From positions 15,438,001-15,502,000 of the forward strand of contig CP075492.1 of assembly GCA_021613535.1 (NCBI GenBank): DNA of 64,000 nucleotides, in the 5' to 3' direction. Each line of letters begins with the position of its first letter. Within the stretch, counting starts at the first letter, position 1. Below, one piece after another: positions 52,009 to 64,000 of this stretch. The notes beneath the pieces are model-generated. The model saw only the letters and a program-made list of their open reading frames with translations, ran no database searches and was not told the origin of the DNA. This DNA comes from Adineta vaga (Eukaryota > Animalia > Rotifera). The position numbers and the translations under genes are program-made.

Positions 52009-52256
52009 AGAGTATTTAGCTTAGCTTCTATTATTCGTTTTTCTAAATAAATATACTAGATTTCAATATAATCACTATGATGAGATAGAGATGTTCGATA
52101 TCGAGCGGCATCTCGATCAGAGAAAAGAATGATTCGATTATCTATATATATATATCTTATCTTACGTTCTTTATTCTGATCTATCTATCGACTGTTATCG
52201 TATCGTATAAAGAAAGGCTGAATCGAAACCATTTGAATTTGAATTCAACTGATAAC

Positions 52257-52876
52257 ATGTCTTCGAATCGTCTATCAACATTTGGTCAACGTCTTCAATC
52301 ATTAAGTGATTCATTTTATTCAACTATTCTTCAAGATTCCAAAGAAGATAATAAACTTCAAATTAAAAATGCACAACAATTAGAACATCTCTCAAAATCG
52401 ACTTATAAAAATAATACTAATGATGATTTCACATTTGATCAATGTTCAATTAGTCATCTCACATCAAATGATGATTTTAGTTTTACATTTCATTCAGTTG
52501 AACAACCAACAACAAAAGTTCAAAATAAATCATTTCGACGAAAACATCAAGTTAGACAAAATATGAAAATAGATTTATGAAAAGATAATTTTCTTTTCAA
52601 TTTTAGTCATCAAGAATACAACATTCATCAACACCCTATTCAACTCATGCAGATCATTCGATTAGAAAATGTGAAGATGAAACGATTGTTGTTGAAGAAA
52701 CTCATCGTCGATCATCATCATCTCTCACTCAACCAATAATTATTGGTTATTATCCAGTTGTTACTTATCAACCAGTTTGTGTTCCACCACCAATGTATTT
52801 ATCCAAAGAACAAATACAATCACAATTAAATGATTGTTCAACATTAACAAAAGTTACTCCAATGAAAAAAGTTTAA
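52257..52876 (+). CDS. Small two-exon S/T/Q-rich hypothetical protein
   Basis: ATG 52257, phase-0 intron 52551-52606, second exon open to TAA 52874-52876, AATAAA at about 52922. No recognisable domain. Confidence 0.55.
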
Positions 52877-54293
52877 TTTTTTGTTTGTAAAATAATTAGT
52901 ATGTCTTCTCTATTCTATGTGAATAAACAAATAGTAATTCATTCTCTTTAAACTTATTAAATTTAAATTAGTAGAATTATGACTTTCATCTACAAAACAA
53001 AAGATAATGTGTTCATGATAAACAGAAAACAGTTTATCTTCGGAATAAAATTGACTAATTAATTATATATAAACTAAAAAACTTTAATCTTAACTTTTCT
53101 TTCTTATTGCCTAACAAAAATATTATTGAATAAATTGACTATTTATGATTTTTTATATACTCAGTTCCATATCAATTCAATCATATATATATATATATAA
53201 CTGAAATATTTGTTCTAGACCGATATCTCGTGGAAGAGATGATCATCATACGAGCATCTCAATGAATCGGTACACAGTTGTAGAAAAATAAATATAGGCA
53301 CGCAGAACTAAAAGGGTCTGCACAGGACAGTATCTTAATTCTCTTTTAGAATAATGATACAATTTGATTATTTTAGTAGTTGTCTTTTTAATCAAATGAA
53401 GGAAGTATTTGGAAACTAAGGTGATCAGTGCGAATATATGGATTTTTTTCTATTCAAATTGATCTTTAAATCATCGTTCAACAGAAAAATCTGAGGCGGT
53501 CTAGGTTCTGACAACCATAGTGTTCGATATGAATATTATTCTACTTTTTTGTTTTATTGTGAACTTGACGTATTCATCTCGAAACTTTCTTGTGTCAGTT
53601 AAGAAATTGCATGAGTAACCATTGCTAAAGAATAACATTAACAGAAGATGATGAAGTTTATTTCTAGTGTTTTTAACTATGTTTCCTGAGATATTGTTTG
53701 TATTTTTAATTAAATGAGCAATAATCTTACAATATTTTTTACTTTTTATGTAGAATCTATGTCGAAAAATAATTCGATTTGATTTTCTTATTTCGTATTG
53801 TTTTGAAATTCTGTTAGAAACAATAATAATAGAAAAGAAGACCATTTTTTCTCGGCTTATCGCGCGTTGATTTTATAAGCAAAATACAAATGAGTTGGTG
53901 ACGTCAAAATACTCCGTTTTTTTGTCTACTCAAAAGAAATACTTATATCTAATTACTTTTTAAACACTGCGAAAATTTCTAGGTTCTTTTCATCATATAT
54001 AAATATAGTTTACATTTGTTAGCAAAATATTACAATCTCTTCGGTAAGTAAAACGCTTTTTTTGTATTGAAGCTAGATATAAGATTCTCTGAACGCATAG
54101 AAGAGATCATTTGCAATTGTAAAATATCTAGTTGATGTTTTTTTTTTACATAAAACTAATTCCATAATTTTATTTTCATAAATAATAACAACTCGAGCTA
54201 TAATGCTACATCTAATTTAGATATAATCTCAACATTTGGAATAGTTTAATTGAAAATTTTCTTTTCGATCTTCTCACTTTGGTTGTTTACAAA

Positions 54294-57200
54294 ATGGTGG
54301 TAATGGAACGTTTACGATTACTATTCAATGTTGTTTGTATTAAAATCGCTTTACTCAATCTTTTTAATACAAAATTAATAGATGAAAGAATAGTTCGTCA
54401 TGAAATATATTCAACTCGATTATTTATCATTCTTTTCTCAATATCAGTTGTTATTATTACTCTTTATACTTCACTTAGCATTCATGTTAAGACAGAAACT
54501 CTAACAATGCCAACAAAAATTCAATATGAACAATTATTTGTACAATATTCAGATAGTTTACAATGTCCATGTACACAAATATCAATTTTTTATAATGAAT
54601 TTACTCGTATTACATCATCGTTTCATCAAGTTTGTTCAAGTGAATTTGTGTCTCAACAATGGATTGATTTTGTTTTTGCAACTAATTTAACATTTATCTG
54701 GACAATGGATGTACGAACAAGTATGAGTGCAATGTGGCAATTAATTTCTGCTCTTTGTCAATATGCAAATACGACATTTAGTGATACGATTGATACATTT
54801 TCTAATACATCATTTATAAGTCCAATGTTAATTTCAGAAAATCTCTTACGAACACAAATGCAAGCATCCATTGATTTAACACGTCAAACAGCATCAGACA
54901 ATATTCGTCGATCATTTACAGCTGTTCATGAAATTACACAAGCAAGTGGACTTTTAACTGGTGTATCAACTAATTTTATCGTTCCATTATTATCCTCTGG
55001 ATGGAATTCTTCATCATACACATTATTATTTTCTCAACAAAGTCGATATATTCAATCAGGATCAACAACAATTTGCTATTGTCAAAGTGATAGATCATGT
55101 CCAAATCCTGGTAATCTTTACCTATATAAATCCTAGGAAACATATGGTTTATTTAATTTAACTCAATTAATTGCTAATATAACATTACCTGGTCTTGTTG
55201 TTGATTGTTTACCGATTAAAATGACACTTTCTTCATCATTAGAATGCTTTTATAATCAAACATGTTTGAACATTCTTATATCAGCCTATTCACGAAATAT
55301 TAATATTTCAATACTTGATAAAGCATTCTCAAGTCGTTTTACATCACAAACAAAAGTTGAACAATTGGTCGGTGAACTTTTCATTGAAGAAGTTACTCAT
55401 GAAGTTACATTTAAATCCTATTATGATCGATGTAAACCATCGTATTGTACTTATACTGTAGCACGTCGATTTGATGTATTATTCGTTATTACCAGTATAA
55501 TAGGTTTAGTCGGTGGACTTAATGTAGCATTACGTTTACTTAGTCCATATGTGATTGATTTTATATTACGTTTTAAACAGAAATCAATAATACAAATAAA
55601 ACAAACCGAAAGTAAGACGACATACAGCGTACGAAACAATAGTCACTGTACTGAGGAAAAATCGAATTTCTCGAGTACGTCTTAGATAAGAAGTAAAAAA
55701 GTATAGATCCTAGAATCGATTTTCAATAGAAGTCAGGCGAAAACAAATTAGTCCATACTCTCACCTTCATTTAGAATTATATTTATTTTTTAGCTTTAAC
55801 AATAAAAATTCATCTTCAAAATTTAATCAATAAAATAAAACTCTCAATTATCGAAGTAAATGTTTTCAACAGTCATTCACAAGATCTTAATCGAACAAAT
55901 CAAGAACGTAGTTCAACACGATTTTATATCATTCTTATAATTATTTCAATCAGCATTCTCATTTTCTCTACATTATTATCCGTTCAAACAATAAGTAAAA
56001 CTATGGAATTTCCTTCGCAAAGTCAATATGAACTCTTTACAAAAACTTTATCCAAATACACTTAAATGTCCATGCACTGATATTAAAATTCTTTATGCAG
56101 ATCTGTTTCAAATAATTCCTCATTATCATCAATTATGTACGAGTGATTTTATTCAATCATGGTGGTATAAAACTCTGAATATTGTATCAAATATAGGTTT
56201 AGATACTCTATTTGATTTTCGTATTGTTGCATCATCTTATTTTCAAATGTTGTCAATATTTTGTGATTTAGCAAATTTAACATTTATTCATGCTAATCGT
56301 CGTTTTTCTTCGACAGTTTATATTAATAATCAGATATTACCACGAAATCTCTTTCATTCACAAGCAAATGCATTAATAAATACATTTTTAAATTCCATAC
56401 CTGTTGAATTTCAATATACACTATCAATGATTAACACAATACTTCAGTCAAATCAATATCTAACTAGTACACAAACAAATGCATTACTTTATACACTAGA
56501 TTTTTCTTTATATGGAATATCTTCAACCAATCCATTACAAATTATACCATATAGTATGGCTTTTCGTCTAGAAGATAATACAACTTGTACTTGTGCTCGA
56601 CATTCATCATGTAGAAGTCCCTATAGGTATGGTGGAAATTGGACAGCTCTTGGATTATATGGCGGATGTTTTGTGATGGATATGATACTCAAATCATCTC
56701 TTGCATGTTGGTATAATCAAACTTGTTCAACAGGTTTAAGACGATATTTTCTTTCGGCTAATGTAAATATTTCAAATAATGTTACAATACTTGATTCAAC
56801 GTTAACGAGCAGATTTTTACCAACGACTTCTTTTGAAGTTATTCTTCAAGAAATTCTCGTTGAACAATGGAATACATCAAGTTCATATGAAACCTTTTAT
56901 CAGAAATGTCGTCCTACATATTGTAAATATACATATCAAGAAAGAAGTAGTGTTGTCTATATGGTGACCACGATTATTGCATTATTTGGTGGTCTTAATG
57001 TTATTCTACGATTGATTAGTCCATTCGTGGCGAATACTTTTTCTACGTTTACTAATAAATTTCGAAAGAATCCTCAAGTATCTACGAATATTTATCAAAT
57101 AACGGCTGATAATCGTAAGTAGAGAGATTGATCACGTCTTTATTCTGTTAAACTATTTTTGAGAAACGCGAATATAATGAAGTTATCTCATTGTCAAACT

Positions 57201-58506
57201 GCGATTTACTTTAGAAGAACATCCAATAAATACTCGTCAAGATTCATTTTCAACTCAAATTCGAGAAAAATTTGTTAAATTTAATTTATTTAACAGTGAT
57301 TCAACTGAAATGAATATTATTCAACATGAACGATCATCTACACGATTATATTTATTGCTTCTTTTAAGTATTATATTGATACAGGTTATTTCTAATATTA
57401 TTTTAAAAGAAACCGTTAATAAGACAGTTTTAACACCAACACAAACTCAATATGAGGAATTATATACATTGTATAGTAACACACTTCAATGTCCATGTGC
57501 TGATATATCTTTACCATATAAAGGATTTCTGGAAATCGATATAGATTTTCATCAAATATGTACAAGTGATTTTGTTGGTGATGTTTGGATGAATTATCTA
57601 TTTGGTCAAGGATTTTGGGGTTTTCAAATAAAGCCTGATCTTCGTGGACGTGGAGCTGCATATTTCGGATTAATATCATCATTATGTAAACTTTCAAAAA
57701 CAACAATTAATAATGCTGTTGATAAATTTCTCGATGAAATTTTAGTCAATGATCAAATGATACCAGAAAAAGAATTTTCATCAAGAATGAATCTTTTTAT
57801 CAATCGATTTCAAACCAATACACCATATAAATTTTCATGTTCATTACAACTTCTACGAGATATTACTCACGGAAATACGTTCATATCAACTTATGTATTA
57901 AATTGGGAATATGTTGTTAAAGATAATAGAAGTAATGCAACAGTATCTACAGTTGCTGTATCACCTAATAATTTATGTTCATGTGGTAAACAAAGTAACT
58001 GCATTGCACCTGGTGGTATCTATCAGATGTTTACCAATAGACTTTTAGTTCCTCTGTTAGGATTTAATGTTGGATGTTCAGTAGTTGAAACAGTATTTCG
58101 ATCAACATTACAGATTTTATATAATCAAACAACTATTGATCAAATACAACAATATGGAACAGACAATGCAATATATTTTCCTGCAACAAAATATATAAGA
58201 GCTATGAATTCAACATATCCAAGTCGTTTTCGATTAAATTCAAGTATTATCGATATTATTGATCAACTATTTGTTGAACAATGGAAAATCAATATTTCAT
58301 ATGCATCATTTTATCAACAATGTGCTCCAATGTATTGTTCATATACATTTGATGAACGGCATGATGCTATTTATATATTTACACGACTTTTAGCTATATA
58401 CGGTGGTTTGACAGCTGTTTTACGATTAATAACTCCTTACATAATCAATATTATCTTCTCAGTTACAAATCGCTGTCGCAATAATCGAATTGTAATTGAC
58501 ACATAA
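54294..58506 (+). pseudogene. Three-exon gene encoding three tandem two-TM Cys-rich modules, disrupted by TAG 55134-55136 and a +1 frameshift near 56033
   Basis: Phase-1 introns 55612-55793 and 57115-57214 keep the frame. Each module has STR(L/F)(F/Y)-TM1, LxCPC, HQxCxSxF..W, CxC..C, (G/D)C, YNQT, CxPxYCxY and TM2 with GGL. Confidence 0.78.
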
Positions 58507-58787
58507 CGTACAAATAATCATTTTCTTGCTTATCGTATCTATTTTAATCAATAAAACTAAATATTAAAGTTATAAATTCATTTCAGTCGTCATTAATTAT
58601 CTTCCATTAAAAGAAGTATCTTCTATCGAAAACGAACCATTGATAGTTGATCAAATGAAAGGAAAGATTTGCTTTTTTTTCTTATAATTTATTTTGAACA
58701 AAATAGAAAACAATACATTAACGATTACTGTTCGGTTCCATTCAAAATAATTTTATTGATAGTCATTTTTTGATCAACAAGAATATC

Positions 58788-60527
58788 TTAGTTACTCATT
58801 CGTCGTCTTCTTTGAGGTTGTTCATCAGAAGAATTCATCGATCCACCATGAATATTAGTAAATTGAATATTCTAAAAGACATCAGTTTAAAACAGAATTT
58901 TCATGAAAGAAAACTTACGGCATTGTTTTGAACAAGTTTTAATTGTTTGATTTGATCAGTATTATAAATACAAATCGATGTTCCTTGTTTGCCTGCTCTT
59001 CCTGTTCGACCAGATCGATGAACATAGGATTCCCAATCCTATTGAAAACGAAATCTTTTACACATGAATTCTAATCGAAGAAACCCAAACCTGTGGTGGT
59101 GATGTAAGAATAACTAAATCAACTCGTGGAATATCTAAACCACGTGCTGCTACATCTGTTGTGATCAAGACACGAATCTGACCTTGACGAAAATTCTGAA
59201 AGAAGAAAAGTTAAATAATTATTTCAATCAAAACAAATATCTGTAATTCTACCTGTAAAACTAGTTCTCGTCTTCTTTGTGAAAGATCACCATGAAGAAC
59301 ATCAGATGAAATTGAACTCATTTCATTTGATCTTGCTAATTGATCACATTCACGTTTTGTTTGACAAAAAACAATTGCTTGACTTTGTTGAATATCTTTC
59401 GAATATTCTTCTAATAATCTTAAAACAATTTCTGGTCTTTTTGAAAGATCATTCGATCGATATGAGAGATGTTGAACATTCATTGCTGTTTGTTCTTGTT
59501 CATCACCAATTAAATTAATGAATGATTTATTCGTCGGTGACATATAACGTGCAACACTTTTCTTTAACCATAATGGTATTGTTGCAGAAAAAACAATCAT
59601 TTGTGATCGAGGAATACTTCGAATAATATAATCAACATCATCCTAAACAAAAGAGAATAAATGCATCATGAATAAAAAGAGAAATAAGTCTATCTTTACT
59701 TGAAATCCCATATCAAGCATTCGATCAACTTCATCCAAGACAACAATCTGACACTGTTGAAGATTTAATTTCTTTTGATTAAGAAAATCTTTGATTCTTC
59801 CTGGTGTTCCAACAACAATATCTGAACCACGTTGTAATGATAATTCTTGTTTTGAATATTCTTTTCCACCATAAAGTGTTGTAATGGAAAGAAAGCGAGA
59901 TTTTATTGAAAGAAAATCATTTGTCACTTGTTTCGCCAGCTCTCGTGTTGGTTCTAATACTAAACATCGTGGAAAACGACCACGAGCATTTGATACTTCA
60001 CGTTGAAGACGTTCAACAATGGGAAGACTAAATGCCAATGTTTTTCCTGTTCCCGTACCTTCGAATAACTGAAATAGTTAGTGAAAATTGTTTATCGAAG
60101 AAAATTACTTACGTGCTTGAACAATACAATCTTTTCCAGAAATTATATCAGGATACGAACGAGATTGAACTGGAAATAAATATTCAACATTTCGATCTGA
60201 AAATTAAATTTTAGACAAAAATTCTTGTAGTTGAATGAAATAACTGAAGTAAAACCTTTTAATCGTTTCTGTGTTTGATCACTAATATCAAAACGTTTGA
60301 ATAAACCTAATTCTTGTTCATTTTCATTCGACTGTGATTGATCAACAGTTGTATCCGATGATCTTGCAACATTTAATTGACTTTGATATCGAACTAAACA
60401 AGTACCTAATTAGAGGAAAATAATTCATCTTTGTAAGAAAATCGATTATTAACTAACTTTGAATAAGTAATTGTTTAGTATTGAATCCAATGAATAAATG
60501 GCGAATTGTAAATGATGAGGCAAACAT
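58788..60527 (-). CDS. DEAD-box RNA helicase, DDX21/DDX50-like core, with no GUCT tail and a presequence-like N-terminus
   Basis: [67 protein letters not shown]. Many short introns. Stop at 58788-58790. Confidence 0.85.
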
Positions 60528-60790
60528 TGATCAATTATTCTTTCTAAATTTTAATTCTAAGAATATTTCTTTTCAGTACATATAAATGCACTCTGATCGA
60601 TCGGTCTGTATTTTACCAATGAGAGATACTAAACGAGAAAGGGTAAAACAAGAATTTTTTCGAAAGATGTCGTTGGATATTGAGCAAAATAATACTGATA
60701 TTCAAACTAAAATCTCACATATTAATAATTGGTTTTACTCTTTGGGAGAAACGGAATTTGCCTGTCGAATATTTTTAGATATATATTGAA

Positions 60791-61696
60791 ATGGCTCAAC
60801 TAAAAGAAGTAATTATGGTCGAAGGACGAAATTTTAAACAAAAAGTTATGTTTAGGGGAAATGGTGCATGAGTCAAGATTTATCTTGATGAAAGAACTCA
60901 GAAACTAAACAAAATTCAAATAATTCAACATGGAATCAATCATTTTTATTGTCATAGTACATTCTATACTGAAAACATGATAGACTGATTGCATATGATC
61001 AAGACAACGTGCATTGAAAGGGAACAATTGTGGTACATTTTAATACATATAGTTATTTATAATTTTTGTTCATAGACAGTTATCATTCTTCCACGTCGAC
61101 ATTAAAACTTAAAGAAACAAAAAACGAAGTAATAGATCGCGTTTTTCTTTGTTAATCGTTGTAAAATGAGACACTTATTTTTATCACACATTTTCTATTT
61201 CAACTGGTACTTCTATTTTCATTGAAATACTTTCGATCAAAACTTTGAATGTCAAGATGAGTCTCTGGAGAGTTTTTTCACCGGTTAACAAGATGAGCAA
61301 ACCATATGTTTTTCGTTTTTAAGTGAACTTTATTTGAAATACATTCAAAATATTTATGCAATAATTTTTCAACCCTTTTTTAGAGGAAATTTAGTCTTCA
61401 ACAAAATGCAAGGAAAGTCGAACATCAGATGAACAAAATTTGACTTACAGTTCATTGTTCTTTAGTCATGGTGAGCGATATGAAACAGAATGGAAATGTT
61501 GCGTATGTCAAAATTTATCGTAATGAAAAAACTCCATAACAACAAACAAGATTACGTTCAAATAATTGAACTTACAGATAATCATCTTTCTTTTTTACTT
61601 CTTATTAGTAATCATTTGAATGAACACGATATTCTTTATGTTGATACTCATGATATATATATAATACGATTAAAGATGAAAAAAAGGTTTAGTTGA
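60791..61696 (+). pseudogene. Decayed small C2-domain protein gene
   Basis: MAQLKEVIMVEGRNFKQK....*VKIYLDE...STWNQSF with TGA at 60869-60871. The second exon NHLNEHDILYVDTHD follows an acceptor near 61608. Confidence 0.55.
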
Positions 61697-61709
61697 AACT
61701 AATCTACTA

Positions 61710-62276
61710 GGTGTAACTTTATTTCAATTATTAACATCATTTTGTACTTTTTCAAATATGTTTTATTTTCTGTATAATTATGTCGAATGAATATTTCAAT
61801 TCCAAAAAAACCACATTCGAGACCAATAAATTTATTTAAGAATCATTTACAAATTATGATTATTAAATTATTTGACAAAAGAATCTTCGCAAAATAACTG
61901 TTTATGCAACTATATTAAATTATCATAAATTTATTAATACATCATCATATTAATTAGAGTTCCTATTAATTTTTATAGTGGAAGTTCATTTCTTGTTCCT
62001 GGAATGTGTTTTGGTTGTTTTGTGGGTTGAAGCTTTGCTTCAATCACATTATATTTCTTTATATAATGAATTTTGTCTTTATAATCCTCGTCATATACTT
62101 GATTCATAGAGTATTGAATAGAAACTATTAGGATCACTGTCAAAGAATTGAAAAAAGCGATTTCATTATACTTCTAATAATAGTTATTGATTTAATTGGT
62201 GGATTAAATGCAATTTTTAAATTTGCTATAGAGCGAATAATTCAAATTTATTTCAGATCTTTTTTTCATAAAGTTA
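61710..62276 (+). pseudogene. Relic of another two-TM Cys-rich module gene
   Basis: Fragments LFQLLTSFCTFS (about 61720), LVPGMCFGCFV/VEALLQS (about 61992) and IVIDLIGGLNAIFK (about 62180), ending at a phase-1 gtaagt donor as in the other copies. Confidence 0.6.
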
Positions 62277-62808
62277 GTAAGTCACATTTATGTTCTCATC
62301 AGCTTCTTTTCTCTTCGTGGGAAAACCTTTTTACAATAATTAATCTCGTTCATACTCAACTTTGTTGATAGAATATTTACCAAGTAATGTCATGTTGACT
62401 TTTTATCATTGATATTTACAACACTTTTGCTAAGTTTCTACAGAAAATATCAAATATGACATTATCTCAATCCTATCAATTCATTTAATAAAAACGTCTG
62501 GACATATTGATAGTTTCATTATCGATCGAATTTGGACGTATATATCATTGTTTTTCTTCGTTTCCCTCGTCAGCTTGACATGGTACATATATATAAGTGT
62601 ACACTTCTTCGTTCATTCAAAACAAATCATTATTCTTTCTCTTCGATTCATCCAATATGTGCATACCGAAAGACGCAAATGTAAGTTTTAGTTACCAGTT
62701 TGATTAAGTGTAGTTCATATTTCTTCATATTTTAATAAAGAGATTATGGATATACTGGTAAGGAATCCTTGATTCTAGTTTACTAATAACAGTTTTTTTA
62801 ATATTCAG

Positions 62809-62977
62809 TCAAATCATTAACAATGATGATAAATTCGATACATTATTAAAGAAAATTGATGTTTTACAAGAAGAAAATACAAAGTTAAAAATACAATTAG
62901 TTGGTGTCCAATTTTTGTTTGGCGAAATAATAGCTGCTTTGATAGGAATCTATATTATATTAAACTTCTTCAAATGA
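62809..62977 (+). CDS. Possible terminal exon of a small coiled-coil, tail-anchored protein
   Basis: After the acceptor at 62807-62808 the frame reads QIINNDDKFDTLLKKIDVLQEENTKLKIQLVGVQFLFGEIIAALIGIYIILNFFK*. Upstream exons are uncertain. Confidence 0.3.
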
Positions 62978-63040
62978 ATACAAACAATTGTGTATGTTAA
63001 ATGTTTTCGTGTATGAATTGAAATAAAAATTTCATCTCTA

Positions 63041-63299
63041 TCCAGGACGATGTTTCCCGGCTCCGAATCCGCACGAAACCTGCCGGAAATCACGCCTTTC
63101 CGAGGATATTCCGATCAGAATTTCTCGGGCTGTTCCGGTGAATTCCAGTCGGAATTGTTGGAATACGACTGGAACTTACTGAAAGTTAGTCAGAAGCGAG
63201 CGGAAAAATCCGACAATATCTGGTTCGGAATCCTGCTTTCATGAAATTGCCAGAATATTCTGGTTCCGGCGGGATCCGGGTCGGATTTTTCGACCTGGG
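63041..63299. mobile_element. MITE (259 bp) with CMC-like termini
   Basis: Imperfect TIRs TCCAGGACGA / TCGACCTGGG, TA on both flanks, GC-rich interior full of TCCG/CGGA motifs. Confidence 0.7.
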
Positions 63300-64000
63300 T
63301 ATTTTCATATCATTTGCATTAGATAGCAGTTGCTTAGAATCGACTAAAACAGTCTCAAAATACTAAATTGAAACATATTTAATTGCTACTAAATATCATT
63401 CCTATTTCTCAGATTTAGTTTGAATTTTTTCAAAATTCATTTATAATATGTATATGAGTGTTTACGTCAACTCGATATAGAAGATGCTGCAAAGGAATTA
63501 AAGTGCGGCAGAAGCACCTTAAAAAGACATTTAAAGAACAAAGTTATATGGAAGAAAGCGCCAAAGAAAGAAAAAAAATCATAGTGACTTTGTTTCTGCC
63601 AAAAGAATTAATTTTACTCGAGCGTTATTGAATAGACGTGATGAATTAAAACCAGTCTTACAATGTAGAAGAAAAGGATCAACAAAACATTTGATGCCTT
63701 TATTAGTTTCAAAATCCAATCCATCCATTCATGGTATGTTTATCTCAAATAAACATTGAAGTGATGTATATTCACATTGATGATCACAACTATACGTCCG
63801 AGGAAACAAGTTAAGACATGGTTTGATGATCGATTGTATGAATTTGAATTATATATTAAAAGCTAGTAAACCTTTATTCAACAACCAAATAGAACTATAT
63901 GGAAATGTTGAATATCATCATCAGGTGTATGTTGGTTATCATCCGTATTCTCATGATTGTTCTATATTACACTCATCGGATGAAGATTCGAATCCAATTG

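Noticed and set aside
53480-54110. Possible DNA-transposon remnant and the 114-aa minus-strand ORF
   Set aside because: I could not define TIRs or a TSD, and the ORF has no recognisable motif.
22265-58506. Alternative genetic code to explain the in-frame stops
   Set aside because: TAA, TAG and TGA all terminate intact conserved genes in this window; the internal stops are sporadic and co-occur with frameshifts.
63050-63244. 64-aa ORF
   Set aside because: A chance ORF inside the GC-rich MITE.
1-64000. Prokaryotic origin, operons or CRISPR arrays
   Set aside because: Spliceosomal introns and metazoan genes occur throughout, and I saw no regularly spaced repeat-spacer array.
63600-64000. Exon-like fragments at the window end
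   Set aside because: Short, interrupted and not assignable to any family.

Overview
This is AT-rich eukaryotic genomic DNA with short GT-AG introns (about 50-60 nt). The gene families (ART-TPR, Cys-rich two-TM repeat proteins, divergent GPCRs) and the intronless microbial-type enzymes point to a bdelloid rotifer; this is inference, not a database result. Conserved metazoan genes: SLC33A1-like, DHRS12, FUT8-like, NRF-6/O-acyltransferase, TRIP13/PCH2, LRRC47, RNFT-like, SLC52 riboflavin transporter, a DDX21-like helicase and three GPCRs. Two probable horizontally acquired enzymes: a Baeyer-Villiger monooxygenase and a secreted vanadium chloroperoxidase-like protein. Mobile DNA: a 3.9-kb CMC/CACTA-like element carrying a nested solo LTR and two Helitron-like elements, plus a MITE. 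Several genes are decaying. Two candidate systems stand out. (1) A tandem array of three receiver-like/ADP-ribosyltransferase/TPR genes with intact R-S-ExE motifs, gene-conversion tracts and TPR copy-number variation, plus a double-ART gene lacking TPRs; this may be a diversifying sensor-effector immune system. (2) A two-TM, Cys-rich-ectodomain module found as a spliced three-unit concatemer and, separately, fused to an FG-GAP propeller; its topology suggests a single-chain pseudo-trimeric channel or receptor. All exon structures and homologies were read by eye; no searches were run.
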